A stretch of DNA of 63,705 nt, the filler included, from Callorhinchus milii (taxonomy: Eukaryota): assembly GCF_018977255.1 (NCBI RefSeq). It is 3 parts of 3 records of this genome, joined end to end, with 100 filler letters (N's around TTAATTAATTAA, not from the genome) between each part and the next. Parts side by side here need not be neighbours in the genome. Positions count along the whole stretch, not along the records: positions 1 to 31,795 come from NW_024704959.1; 2 more parts are not named here. One strand, 5' to 3'. The notes under the pieces were generated by a model. It worked only from the letters and a program-made list of their open reading frames with translations. It made no database searches and was not told the DNA's origin. Each line of letters opens with the position of its first letter. Within the stretch, counting starts at the first letter, position 1. Both the position numbers and the translations under genes were made by a program. Below, piece after piece: positions 1 through 12,900 of the stretch.

Positions 1-3000
1 CAGCCAGGAATCCAATTGTGGCCCGCATAATTTCTGCTATCGCCTTAGTACCCTGGCCGGGATGTTAAACCCGCGAGAGCTTGACTTGTCTGACCTTTTC
101 AGAGCGTTCTAGTAACGTTTGAAGAGGTCAGGAGGCAAGGGCAAGAAGGTTCAACGTCACAAAGAAGCGTTGCTGCAGGCTAGGGACCGGGTCACTCGGG
201 TATTGTCGCTTATTTCCTACGATGTGCTAGGTGCTCCTCCGATTAATCATGTGAATTTACTCGTGGTTTTGATGTCGGCGTGATGATTCCGCTCGGAGGC
301 CCTTTACTATAGTCAAGGAGGCTCTCAGAGTATGGGAGGGGATTGCTTACTAACACGAAGACTCTGTAGCTATATAATGTACGCGCAGAAGAACTCTGGG
401 TATTTCGGGGATCCCATGCGGCTCGCAGCCAGGGCGCCGTATACAGGACCCAGGATCTGAGAATTTGCTAGTGGCTGAGCTCCGTAGGAACGCAATATAC
501 CCCCTATAGTAATCCCGACCAGGTTGTCTGCACATTTGAGCGTGGACGGAAGTCTTGTGGTCTTCATCTTTCTCTCAGACAGTGGTGCATATGCCTATAC
601 GCGAAGAGTGAATGTAAGACGAAGAGGTACACTAGGTTCTAGGTGCTATCGGTGTGTCACGAAGAGTATACCCGTACATCTCATTTAGGCTCCGCACAGG
701 ATCAGAAGTGATAGGTGGCATCGCACACAGTTGGATTACGCGCGTCTTCGAAAGTTTTTATCAAGGGCACCTGAGTGGGAGACCCCTATCGTCCTCGCGT
801 ACCGTGGCACATTGAGCTACAGGACAGAAGGCTGTTTTGTTCTGGAACTCGCGGCAGAATTGGGGAAAGCACAGTATATTGGGGTGTTACGACATCGAGG
901 GGGCCGGGATGGCGTGATAAAGACACTGCTTAGAAAGGAGAGCGAATTTTTGAATTCCTTTGGTACTCAGCCGCAGCTAAAAATTGATGCTCCAAAACTA
1001 GGTGAGCGCGCCATCACTAGGGTCCATTCACGAGATCGGACACTGGTAACGATTTTCTTGGGGTAAGCACAGCTTCGGCGCAATAGTTCATCAAAGACCC
1101 ATGTGCGGGTTTGCTTCGGTGTAGGCCGGCATTTCTTGTACGTCCTCGTATTCGGACTCGCACTACTGTGCCTTTGCGTATGTGACCCTATGGTCAGTCA
1201 GATTGCTAGAGAGTGCTCTAGTCTGGCTTAGCTAAGTTCGTCCTCCAATCAAGCACGATTTCTATCTGAGCGACATGAGTGTGCGAGAGATCGCTCATTC
1301 CGTTAAATTCAATTGATCGGAAGGGTGCCGGTCGAGTTGTGTGCACGATGCGCCTGTAGTTGTTCTCGATAATGGCACGGCCAATCCGACCGACGTACCA
1401 ACCTACCTAGTTTCCGATCCCCTTGGTTGCACACGTTTGGGTATTTGTCTGAAAGCACGAGCTGCTTGTGCTCGAGGCAAGACACCGTAATTGGTCTGAT
1501 CCATAATCACGGTAATCTTGGCTAGTTTTGTATCTATTCTCTAATAAATACAGTCGGGGTCATGTACGCTTTCCATGTGAGCCCTTTGAAAATATGTGGA
1601 GTTTAGTCATTAAGTCCTTGGGTCTAATGCCCACGAGGACGTCCTTTCCGCAGATCGCAGACACTTATCGGAAAGAATGGCTACCAACTGGCTGCAGACC
1701 AGTTCTCCCTGTTTTTCCGTGCGAGTGCTATTGTAGAGCTGAAGGGATCTTCCCGGCGCTTCATGGCGCTAGAACCGCTCAACTACTCAGTGGGAGAACT
1801 TCTCAGCAATATTTGAGTGTAAATGCCGTCTGAGAGTCCTGTCCAGCGTCGGGAAAGGCACATCACGGTGAGGACTTGGGATTATGCAGAACCCTTTTAA
1901 CGTACTTACGTTGATATCTGAGGACAACCGGATTCATTTCAACTCTGATCCTAGAGCAGCTCCGTACTAAGCTGAGCTCATCTGGGACCAGAAAGATCTT
2001 GATACCGGGGCGACCTTATCCGCGGAGACTAGCGTGGCAATCTTTACGTCATGTCAGTGAAACAGATGAAACTAGACGCCTCAATATTGCACTCGTGTTG
2101 CTTGTGTCCTTGGTTCGCTACGGCGATGATTAACCACTTCGTGACGAGTTAGCGCTCTACACATCTCTGGTGCGGCACACGCTATCGTCAGCATACACTG
2201 TGATGAGGCGAGCTCTTGCGGAATATGATACGGTTGATCTCGGCTGTCAAGCGGTCCAAAAGGCCGGATTTACAACGGACGGGGAACAAACCGTGGGCCT
2301 TACTAGATAACGTGAGGAGTCCGCCTTCTGCCCTAGAACGCTGTCGACAGGTACATGGGCACCTTTCCCGGCTGGTCCGGCCTCAGGCAGTATAGGTTTA
2401 GTTAACGGTGCAGGCCCGCATGCGTCGCCGCACACTCCTGTTCGTTCGGGTCTTCATCTGAGGGAGCTCGATGGTTGTTAACGCGATACACCTCAAGATG
2501 CCTTGCCATGAGTTCTTATCTTATGAGGAGCGCATAAACAGCCACTAGGCCCAGTTGCTTCAGCTATACAGAGAGAGGAACCTTGAAGCATTAGACAGCC
2601 ATTAAGTCCCTTGTCGAAACTGGTCACCCATGATCGCTCATTATTGTAAGTCCTCCGTCTTCATTCATGGCTTGCTAATTCTAATGTGGGGGTAGCTGTG
2701 TCGTATCGAGACCCCCACTCGGTTCTTAAACCCGAAAGGTTTAGCATGTTGAAAACGCGACCCTTGGTCTAGTGATATTGCCCCAGACGCTGTATTGATG
2801 GCTTAAGTCGCTGATACAATACAGCGGCTTCCTCCTTTGAGGACGCCCAAACGACTGGGTCGGTTATCTACACTCCCTTAACTAGCTGAAGGCGTGGAAC
2901 GTGGGACGTCTGGGGTAATCTAAATAAACTACGGTCGAAAATTCGTCTGAGGGGCAGGTAACTAGAGACTATTGAGATCTACATCCAGAAACCTGAATCC

Positions 3001-6000
3001 ATGACACAGCAATTGTGCATGATAATAGAGAACCGCTGAAGTAGCAACACTCTTTAATCGTCATTTACCGTCCCATTCCATGCCCAACTTCACACCGAAT
3101 GCTCTCACCGGACGGAATGGCGAAAAAAAGCAAGCGGTTAGCGCTGACGGACATCCACCGACAGCTGATTCAGTCTGGGAACTAGTGTAGGCCAATGTCG
3201 TCGAATGCATACGTAATACGTCTACCGGAACTTGTCCACTTATTAAAATAGCGCCCACATCAGGGGAACGTAGTCCGATCCAAATGCCTGCACTGTCCGT
3301 AGCCAAACGGCTTCTGAGCAATCTTCAATCTCCTCCGTTTGTGTAATTCCAAGTAGGAATAAGTATGCTCTAAGTCCCCCTGGTGAACTTCGCTACTTGC
3401 GGCTGCCCCGTCGACCCCGGGTCACAGTTTCCGAGGGCCCTAGTAAGTTAACTTCGCGAAGGCGTGATGCGCGTACGGCGAGACGCCTGATTTGTCCGGT
3501 CACTAAGTACGTTGTTGAACACGCAAATTGCTACAGTATAAACAAACACAGAAGCATTGTCAGACGGCCTACACCTAAGACCATAATCAGTAGCCACTAA
3601 AGCATTGTTGCTATTTGCTGGGGCGAAGACACAAGGGTGTAAATGTGCTTTATCTCTAGTGATTGAATTCCAAAAAAAATACACTGTTTGGAACCTAATT
3701 ATAGAGATGGACCTTGGTCAAATTGCCCAAGTTCAACGAATGGAAGGTAGGTATTCTAGAGCTTGAGACTGGTCACTCGTGCTATATTGGTCTGCCCACA
3801 GGAAACTTTGTCTCGTTGCAGAGAGGCGAGAGTAAATATGCGTCGAAATACCCTCTCCGCCGCGCCATCCTATACGCACTCTCCAGTCGTTCAGATAGCA
3901 GCCATGGAATCGCCTATTTATACACAAACCCTACAAGTGGACGGAGCAAGCGGGCACGAGAAAATCTTGGAAGGGGGGTCGGTCGTGGAACCGTACCATA
4001 GGGCAAACGATAAATAATAACTACTGTTGACGAACGACACACGGGTAATCCCTTATTCACTATTAGGATACCTGGTTGTGGAGGATAGTTAGCACGGGTC
4101 TTCGACGATGAGCTGAGCAGGTATAACGTCAGCCGTCTCCTAGCCGCCCTGAAATCTGATCGGTTCGGCGAGGTCTGACGTCGGGAAGGGTGCTTGTTCG
4201 GCCCAGGGGGCTAAAGTGGACCTGCGCTACTAAAATTCTGCACCCTCTGCCAATAATCACTCAGGCTGCGATACAATCAGCCATCGGGAAGGGGCCCGTA
4301 AAGTGCCGGCAACTTTAAATATGGCGGTTAACACTGGACGAGTACGGGTATAACCGTATAAATTATGTTATCGCAGGGCTTTATACTACTAGGGTAGAAG
4401 GGTATGGCCAGAGTGGCCACGAGTTTAAAGAGGTTCCATCGAAGGTAGGCTTATCTAGTTCCTAGGATAGGCTCGACCAGGCTAAGCGAATAGAATTGCC
4501 AGAAGCTATTGGCGGTTCTTGGGCACCCGATCGGGTGCTTCCGTGGTACGCTACAGTTGGACACATCTTAGCTCACATAAAGTAAGCTTTAACCAGTGGC
4601 TCTCATAGTTGGGGGGAACGGATAACATAGGCGCTTACACAATCCAGACATTATATTCGTTCATCTTGGGAACGGACAGAGCCCAAGTTAGTGCCATAGG
4701 CCTACGTCTACCCTTTTGTAAGTCGGGAGACGGGATCCGCTCTTCGAGAATAGGCATACAATTGACAGTGTAGCAGTCTAGAGTCTCCGCTTCGTGAGAT
4801 TTCACTGACTCAGCTCCAGAGTCTATCGAGAGGTGCACCCACGTCCGTTGCCTGAACCAGACCAAACATTTTCTTGGGCGGGTTGACATGCCCGCTATCG
4901 CTACGTAAGAAATCTACTGGTACACATAACAAGCGGAGCGAGCCGGTATCAATGACTAGGTCAGCAAATTAACGGCCTCCGCTACACTGATCCGTACTCC
5001 CGACTGAGTCTATAGAAGTAATAAGCGGAACTGGAGTCAGTAAGCGATAATAAATGTACGCTCACTGACCTTATAGTTGCCAAAGAGGGCGGTGGGTTGA
5101 GTATAACCCAATTCTCCATATGACGTGTTTTCCAGTTTCGGCACGCTTTCTGAGAGGGTAGTTTCTGTTCCAAAGGATCGCGCTGACGTATTGTACGGTA
5201 ATCGATCTTTTAAGGTATATGATTTCGCGTCTATATCGTGAGTTGACATCGAATCCTGATTAGGGCATGCTTCATCTCGATAATTTTCCGTCTAGCGCGC
5301 TTGTCCTCAGAGAGGGACCAGGGATGTTTCTAAGATAGTTTCTGGTCACCGCTTTGACCCGCACTCAGGTACGTAAGAAGATCCGGAATTCACATATGCA
5401 TTGGGTCTCACACTACCATATGAGTAACGTGCTTGAGTCAACTGTTCGTCAAACACAGCAATGTATCGAGCTAATGATTGCGTGCATACATGAAAACGAT
5501 CTTTACGTGTTCTCAGCACGTTGTTAACTCACTACGCTAGGCTTTCCCGGCTCTATTACTTCCCCCCTACCGTCAAGGAACATCGCATGCCTGCGAACAC
5601 AAATATACAATTTAGCCCAGACGTTTGCACAACCTGTCTCTGCTTGAGCCACTTACAAGCTACTTCCTGCTACAGTGTGGATTGACCATATTTGGATTAT
5701 CAAATATTTTGAGTCGGATACTTGGAATCTACCGCCACCGCGGACTGATTGGCCCGCCCGGCCTTTATGTCCAGTCACATGTGTTCCGGGAACCTGCAAA
5801 TCAAGTTAACTGCCTCCCACTCTGTCGCGCTGCTTTCTCACCCGTCTCTTGCGAAAGGACCCGACTAAAACCAGGAAAGAAAGACCCTAAATACTAGACA
5901 CCAAGACACGCTACTTCAAGCAATCTCACATGAACATCAGGAAATCACTACCGTGTTAGAGAACTGCGGGCCACAATGCGGCTACCCTACAAATCACCAA

Positions 6001-6994
6001 GAAATCCCTAACTGTTGCACGTTTACCTAAACCAACTCCCATTAGGTGCAGGCTTTGTGCAGCTACGGGGCCTCTAGGTTAGACTATAAATACTTGGTAA
6101 TGATAATTAACGCTCCCTATATAGGCCGCGAACTTGATTTTATGAGGGAATCTTAACCGAAGGATTTTACCCAAGCGCTCGCATATGAGACTTCCTAGAA
6201 AAGTTACGCGGTGCATCGCTTGGACCGAGTAACGGCATATACGCACACTCCGTAGGAGTCATTGAGGAGCCCCAAGCTAGGAGCTATGGGTAATGGCCAT
6301 CACTTCTATGAGGCGACTCACCTGTCTAGTTTCGATGACGCCCCTTTACGTGTCTGATGGGGAAGGGATGCTACGAGGCCATGCGCATGTTGATTCAAAT
6401 GCAGGTCCCTCTCCTGTGTACCGAGCAGCACAAAAGTTCGCAGTTAAATCGCGACAACCATTTCAGTCCTCTATACGTTAAGCAACTGCCCCGGCATTGG
6501 GGAGAAACGCTGGGTCAGTGCCGTAATCACGTTACAATTTTATTAGCGTCTAAAAAACATGTATTGGGTGAATCCGGCAGTGGCGAACAGAAACATCTGA
6601 GAGGACAGATTTGGACTAAGAAGCCATATTCCCCCGCAAGTGAGATTGCAATTCAGTGCTGGGATACCGTAAGCAAGACATGGTTGCACGGACAACTCAT
6701 CGTAGTTACGGTACTCATGCAAACCCATAGCCGTTGTCCTACCCTGAAATCCTCCGAATCCTAGCTTGACGAGAAACCCAGACTACACATGCAGGAGCGT
6801 TGGTTCCTTTTGGCGACCGTGTGTAGGTAATCGCTTCACCTTACACAATCGAGATGATTGCACACGGCCGGGACAGAGGTTGGCGTGGTATCGAAGTTAC
6901 AATGCAACACAGGCTTCATAAACCGTGCAAGGAGGTCCAAACTTCGTCGTGACTCGCGGGGCATTGGTAATGTAATTTTCGTCATAATGCCACT
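1..6994. other. Featureless, random-looking sequence (possibly shuffled, synthetic or artefactual)
   Basis: Roughly balanced base composition with abundant CpG and TpA. No ORF over 135 aa and no recognisable protein motif. No microsatellites or SINE/LINE remnants, unlike contigs 2 and 3. Joins the satellite abruptly with no N spacer. Confidence 0.6.
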
Positions 6995-9900
6995 ATTGCT
7001 CTCATGTGCGTTACGGGGCCTCGTTTCTCTCGCTCCGAATTCCCTGGAGCTGGCAAAACGATCATTATAGTGTCGCCAAATATCGTCCGAACGTTACGAA
7101 ACTTCCACACGCTTTTCCAGCACACATAGACCCCATCAAACGGTAGAAATTGGCCGGGATTGCTCTCATGTGCGTTACGGGGCCTCGTTTCTCTCGCTCC
7201 GAATTCCCTGGAGCTGGCAAAACGCTCATTATAGTGTCGCCAAATATCGTCCGAACGTCACGAAACTTCCACACGCTTTTCCAGCACACATAGACCCCAT
7301 CAAACGGTAGAAATTGGCCGGGATTGCTCTCATGTGCGTTACGGGGCCTCGTTTCTCCGCTCCGAATTCCCTGAAGCTGGGAAATCGCAATTTTTTGTGT
7401 CGCCAAATATCGTACGAACGTCACGAACCGTCCACAGGCTTTTCCAGCAGATTTGCTCGTGCACCAAAAAAAGTCAAAATTTTTACACATAGACCCCATC
7501 AAACCGTAGAAATGGCCGGGATTGCTCTCATGTGCGTTACGGGGCCTCGTTTCTCTCGCTCCGAATTCCCTGGAGCTGGCAAAACGCTCATTTTAGTGTC
7601 GCCAAATATCGTCCAAACGTCACGAAACTTCCACACGCTTTCCCAGCACACATAGACCCCATCAAACGGTAGAAATTGGCCGGGATTGCTCTCATGTGCG
7701 TTACTGGGCCTCGTTTCTCTCGCTCCGAATTCCCTGGAGCTGGCAAAACGCTCATTTTAGTGTCGCCAAATATTGTCCGAACGTCACGAAACTTCCACAC
7801 GCTTTCCCAGCACACATAAACCCCATCAAACGGTAGAAATTGGCCGGGGTTGCTCTCATGTGCGTTACGGGGCCTCGTTTCTCTCGCTCCGAATTCCCTG
7901 GAGCTGGCAAAACGCTCATTATAGTGTCGCCAAATATCGTCCGAACGTCACGAAACTTCCACACGCTTTTCCAGCACACATAGACCCCATCAAACGGTAG
8001 AAATTGGCCGGGATTGCTCTCATGTGCGTTACGGGGCCTCGTTTCTCTCGCTCCGAATTCCCTGGAGCTGGCAAAACGCTCATTATAGTGTCGCCAAATA
8101 TCGTCCGAACGTCACGAAACTTCCACACGCTTTTCCCAGCACACATAGACCCCATCAAACGGTAGAAATTGGCCGGGATTGCTCTCATGTGCGTTACGGG
8201 GCCTCGTTTCTCTCGCTCCGAATTCCCTGGAGCTGGCAAAACGCTCATTATAGTGTCGCCAAATATCGTCCGAACGTCACGAAACTTCCACACGCTTTTC
8301 CAGCACACATAGACCCCATCAAACGGTAGAAATTGGCCGGGATTGCTCTCATGTGCGTTACGGGGCCTCGTTTCTCTCGCTCCGAATTCCCTGAAGCTGG
8401 GAAATCGCATTTTTGTGTCGCCAAATATCGTACGAACGTCACGAACCGTCCACAGGCTTTTCCAGCAGATTTGCTCGTGCACCAAAAAAGTCAAAATTTT
8501 ACACATAGACCCCATCAAACGGTAGAAATTGGCCGGGATTGCTCTCATGTGCGTTACGGGGCCTCGTTTCTCTCGCTCCGAATTCCCTGGAGCTGGCAAA
8601 ACGCTCATTTTAGTGTCGCCAAATATCGTCCGAACGTCACGAAACTTCCACACGCTTTTCCCAGCACACATAGACCCCATCAAACGGTAGAAATTGGCCG
8701 GGATTGCTCTCATGTGCGTTACGGGGCCTCGTTTCTCTCGCTCCGAATTCCCTGGAGCTGGCAAAACGCTCATTTAGTGTCGCCAAATATCGTCCGAACG
8801 TCACGAAACTTCCACACGCTTTCCCAGCACACATAGACCCCATCAAACGGTAGAAATTGGCCGGGTTGCTCTCATGTGCGTTACGGGGCCTCGTTTCTCT
8901 CGCTCCGAATTCCCTGGAGCTGGCAAAACGCTCATTATAGTGTCGCCAAATATCGTCCGAACGTCACGAAACTTCCACACGCTTTTCCAGCACACATAGA
9001 CCCCATCAAACGGTAGAAATTGGCCGGGATTGCTCTCATGTGCGTTACGGGGCCTCGTTTCTCTCGCTCCGAATTCCCTGGAGCTGGCAAAACGCTCATT
9101 TTAGTGTCGCCAAATATCGTCCGAACGTCACGAAACTTCCACACGCTTTCCAGCAGATTTGCTCGTGCACCAAAAAAGTCAAAATTTTACACATAGACCC
9201 CATCAAACGGTAGAAATTGGCCGGGATTGCTCTCATGTGCGTTACGGGGCCTCGTTTCTCTCGCTCCGAATTCCCTGGAGCTGGCAAAACGCTCATTTTA
9301 GTGTCGCCAAATATCGTCCGAACGTCACGAAACTTCCACACGCTTTCCAGCAGATTTGCTCGTGCACCAAAAAAAGTCAAAATTTTTACACATAGACCCC
9401 ATCAAACGGTAGAAATTGGCCGGGATTGCTCTCATGTGCGTTACGGGGCCTCGTTTCTCTCGCTCCGAATTCCCTGGAGCTGGCAAAACGCTCATTATAG
9501 TGTCGCCAAATATCGTCCGAACGTCACGAAACTTCCACACGCTTTTCCAGCACACATAGACCCCATCAAACGGTAGAAATTGGCCGGGATTGCTCTCATG
9601 TGCGTTACGGGGCCTCGTTTCTCTCGCTCCGAATTCCCTGGAGCTGGCAAAACGCTCATTATAGTGTCGCCAAATATCGTCCGAACGTCATGAAACTTCC
9701 ACACGCTTTTCCAGCACACATAGACCCCATCAAACGGTAGAAATTGGCCGGGATTGCTCTCATGTGCGTTACGGGGCCTCGTTTCTCTCGCTCCGAATTC
9801 CCTGGAGCTGGCAAAACGCTCATTTTAGTGTCGCCAAATATCGTCCGAACGTCACGAAACTTCCACACGCTTTCCCAGCAGATTTGCTCGTGCACCAAAA

Positions 9901-12900
9901 AAAGTCAAAATTTTTACACATAGACCCCATCAAACGGTAGAAATTGGCCGGGATTGCTCTCATGTGCGTTACGGGGCCTCGTTTCTCTCGCTCCGAATTC
10001 CCTGGAGCTGGCAAAACGTCATTATAGTGTCGCCAAATATCGTCCGAACGTCACGAAACTTCCACACGCTTTTCCAGCACACATAGACCCCATCAAACGG
10101 TAGAAATTGGCCGGGATTGCTCTCATGTGCGTTACGGGGCCTCGTTTCTCTCGCTCCGAATTCCCTGGAGCTGGCAAAACGCTCATTATAGTGTCGCCAA
10201 ATATCGTCCGAACGTCACGAAACTTCCACACGCTTTTCCAGCACACATAGACCCCATCAAACGGTAGAAATTGGCCGGGATTGCTCTCATGTGCGTTACG
10301 GGGCCTCGTTTCTCTCGCTCCGAATTCCCTGAAGCTGGGAAATCGCAATTTTTGTGTCGCCAAATATCGTACGAACGTCACGAACCGTCCACAGGCTTTT
10401 CCAGCAGATTTGCTCGTGCACCAAAAAAAGTCAAAATTTTTACACATAGACCCCATCAAACGGTAGAAATTGGCCGGGATTGCTCTCATGTGCGTTACGG
10501 GGCCTCGTTTCTCTCGCTCCGAATTCCCTGGAGCTGGCAAAACGCTCATTATAGTGTCGCCAAATATCGTCCGAACGTCACGAAACTTCCACACGCTTTT
10601 CCAGCACACATAGACCCCATCAAACGGTAGAAATTGGCCGGGATTGCTCTCATGTGCGTTACGGGGCCTCGTTTCTCTCGCTCCGAATTCCCTGGAGCTG
10701 GCAAAACGCTCATTATAGTGTCGCCAAATATCGTCCGAACGTCACGAAACTTCCACACGCTTTTCCAGCACACATAGACCCCATCAAACGGTAGAAATTG
10801 GCCGGGATTGCTCTCATGTGCGTTACGGGGCCTCGTTTCTCTCGCTCCGAATTCCCTGAAGCTGGGAAATCGCAATTTTTTGTGTCGCCAAATATCGTAC
10901 GAACGTCACGAACCGTCCACAGGCTTTTCCAGCAGATTTGCTCGTGCACCAAAAAAAGTCAAAATTTTTACACATAGACCCCATCAAACGGTAGAAATTG
11001 GCCGGGATTGCTCTCATGTGCGTTACGGGGCCTCGTTTCTCTCGCTCCGAATTCCCTGGAGCTGGCAAAACGCTCATTTTAGTGTCGCCAAATATCGTCC
11101 GAACGTCACGAAACTTCCACACGCTTTCCCAGCACACATAGACCCCATCAAACGGTAGAAATTGGCCGGGATTGCTCTCATGTGCGTTACGGGGCCTCGT
11201 TTCTCTCGCTCCGAATTCCCTGGAGCTGGCAAAACGCTCATTTTAGTGTCGCCAAATATCGTCCGAACGTCACGAAACTTCCACACGCTTTTCCCAGCAC
11301 ACATAGACCCCATCAAACGGTAGAAATTGGCCGGGATTGCTCTCATGTGCGTTACGGGGCCTCGTTTCTCTCGCTCCGAATTCCCTGGAGCTGGCAAAAC
11401 GCTCATTATAGTGTCGCCAAATATCGTCCGAACGTCACGAAACTTCCACACGCTTTTCCAGCACACATAGACCCCATCAAACGGTAGAAATTGGCCGGGA
11501 TTGCTCTCATGTGCGTTACGGGGCCTCGTTTCTCTCGCTCCGAATTCCCTGGAGCTGGCAAAACGCTCATTTTAGTGTCGCCAAATATCGTCCGAACGTC
11601 ACGAAACTTCCACACGCTTTCCAGCAGATTTGCTCGTGCACCAAAAAAAGTCAAAATTTTTACACATAGACCCCATCAAACGGTAGAAATTGGCCGGGAT
11701 TGCTCTCATGTGCGTTACGGGGCCTCGTTTCTCTCGCTCCGAATTCCCTGGAGCTGGCAAAACGCTCATTATAGTGTCGCCAAATATCGTCCGAACGTCA
11801 CGAAACTTCCACACGCTTTTCCAGCACACATAGACCCCATCAAACGGTAGAAATTGGCCGGGATTGCTCTCATGTGCGTTACGGGGCCTCGTTTCTCTCG
11901 CTCCGAATTCCCTGGAGCTGGCAAAACGCTCATTATAGTGTCGCCAAATATCGTCCGAACGTCACGAAACTTCCACACGCTTTTCCCAGCACACATAGAC
12001 CCCATCAAACGGTAGAAATTGGCCGGGATTGCTCTCATGTGCGTTACGGGGCCTCGTTTCTCTCGCTCCGAATTCCCTGGAGCTGGCAAAACGCTCATTT
12101 TAGTGTCGCCAAATATCGTCCGAACGTCACGAAACTTCCACACGCTTTCCCAGCAGATTTGCTCGTGCACCAAAAAAAGTCAAAATTTTTACACATAGAC
12201 CCCATCAAACGGTAGAAATTGGCCGGGATTGCTCTCATGTGCGTTACGGGGCCTCGTTTCTCTCGCTCCGAATTCCCTGGAGCTGGCAAAACGCTCATTA
12301 TAGTGTCGCCAAATATCGTCCGAACGTCACGAAACTTCCACACGCTTTTCCAGCACACATAGACCCCATCAAACGGTAGAAATTGGCCGGGATTGCTCTC
12401 ATGTGCGTTACGGGGCCTCGTTTCTCTCGCTCCGAATTCCCTGGAGCTGGCAAAACGCTCATTATAGTGTCGCCAAATATCGTCCGAACGTCACGAAACT
12501 TCCACACGCTTTTCCAGCACACATAGACCCCATCAAACGGTAGAAATTGGCCGGGATTGCTCTCATGTGCGTTACGGGGCCTCGTTTCTCTCGCTCCGAA
12601 TTCCCTGAAGCTGGGAAATCGCAATTTTTGTGTCGCCAAATATCGTACGAACGTCACGAACCGTCCACAGGCTTTTCCAGCAGATTTGCTCGTGCACCAA
12701 AAAAAGTCAAAATTTTTACACATAGACCCCATCAAACGGTAGAAATTGGCCGGGATTGCTCTCATGTGCGTTACGGGGCCTCGTTTCTCTCGCTCCGAAT
12801 TCCCTGGAGCTGGCAAAACGCTCATTATAGTGTCGCCAAATATCGTCCGAACGTCACGAAACTTCCACACGCTTTTCCAGCACACATAGACCCCATCAAA

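Noticed and set aside
350..7070. Short ORFs in the first 7 kb
   Set aside because: Lengths and composition match random expectation, with no motifs, splice structure or operon-like packing.
7245..7266. CENP-B-box-like motif (minus strand TTTCGTGACGTTCGGA) in each monomer
   Set aside because: It misses two of the nine core positions (TTCG....A..CGGG), so it is not sufficient to call the array centromeric.
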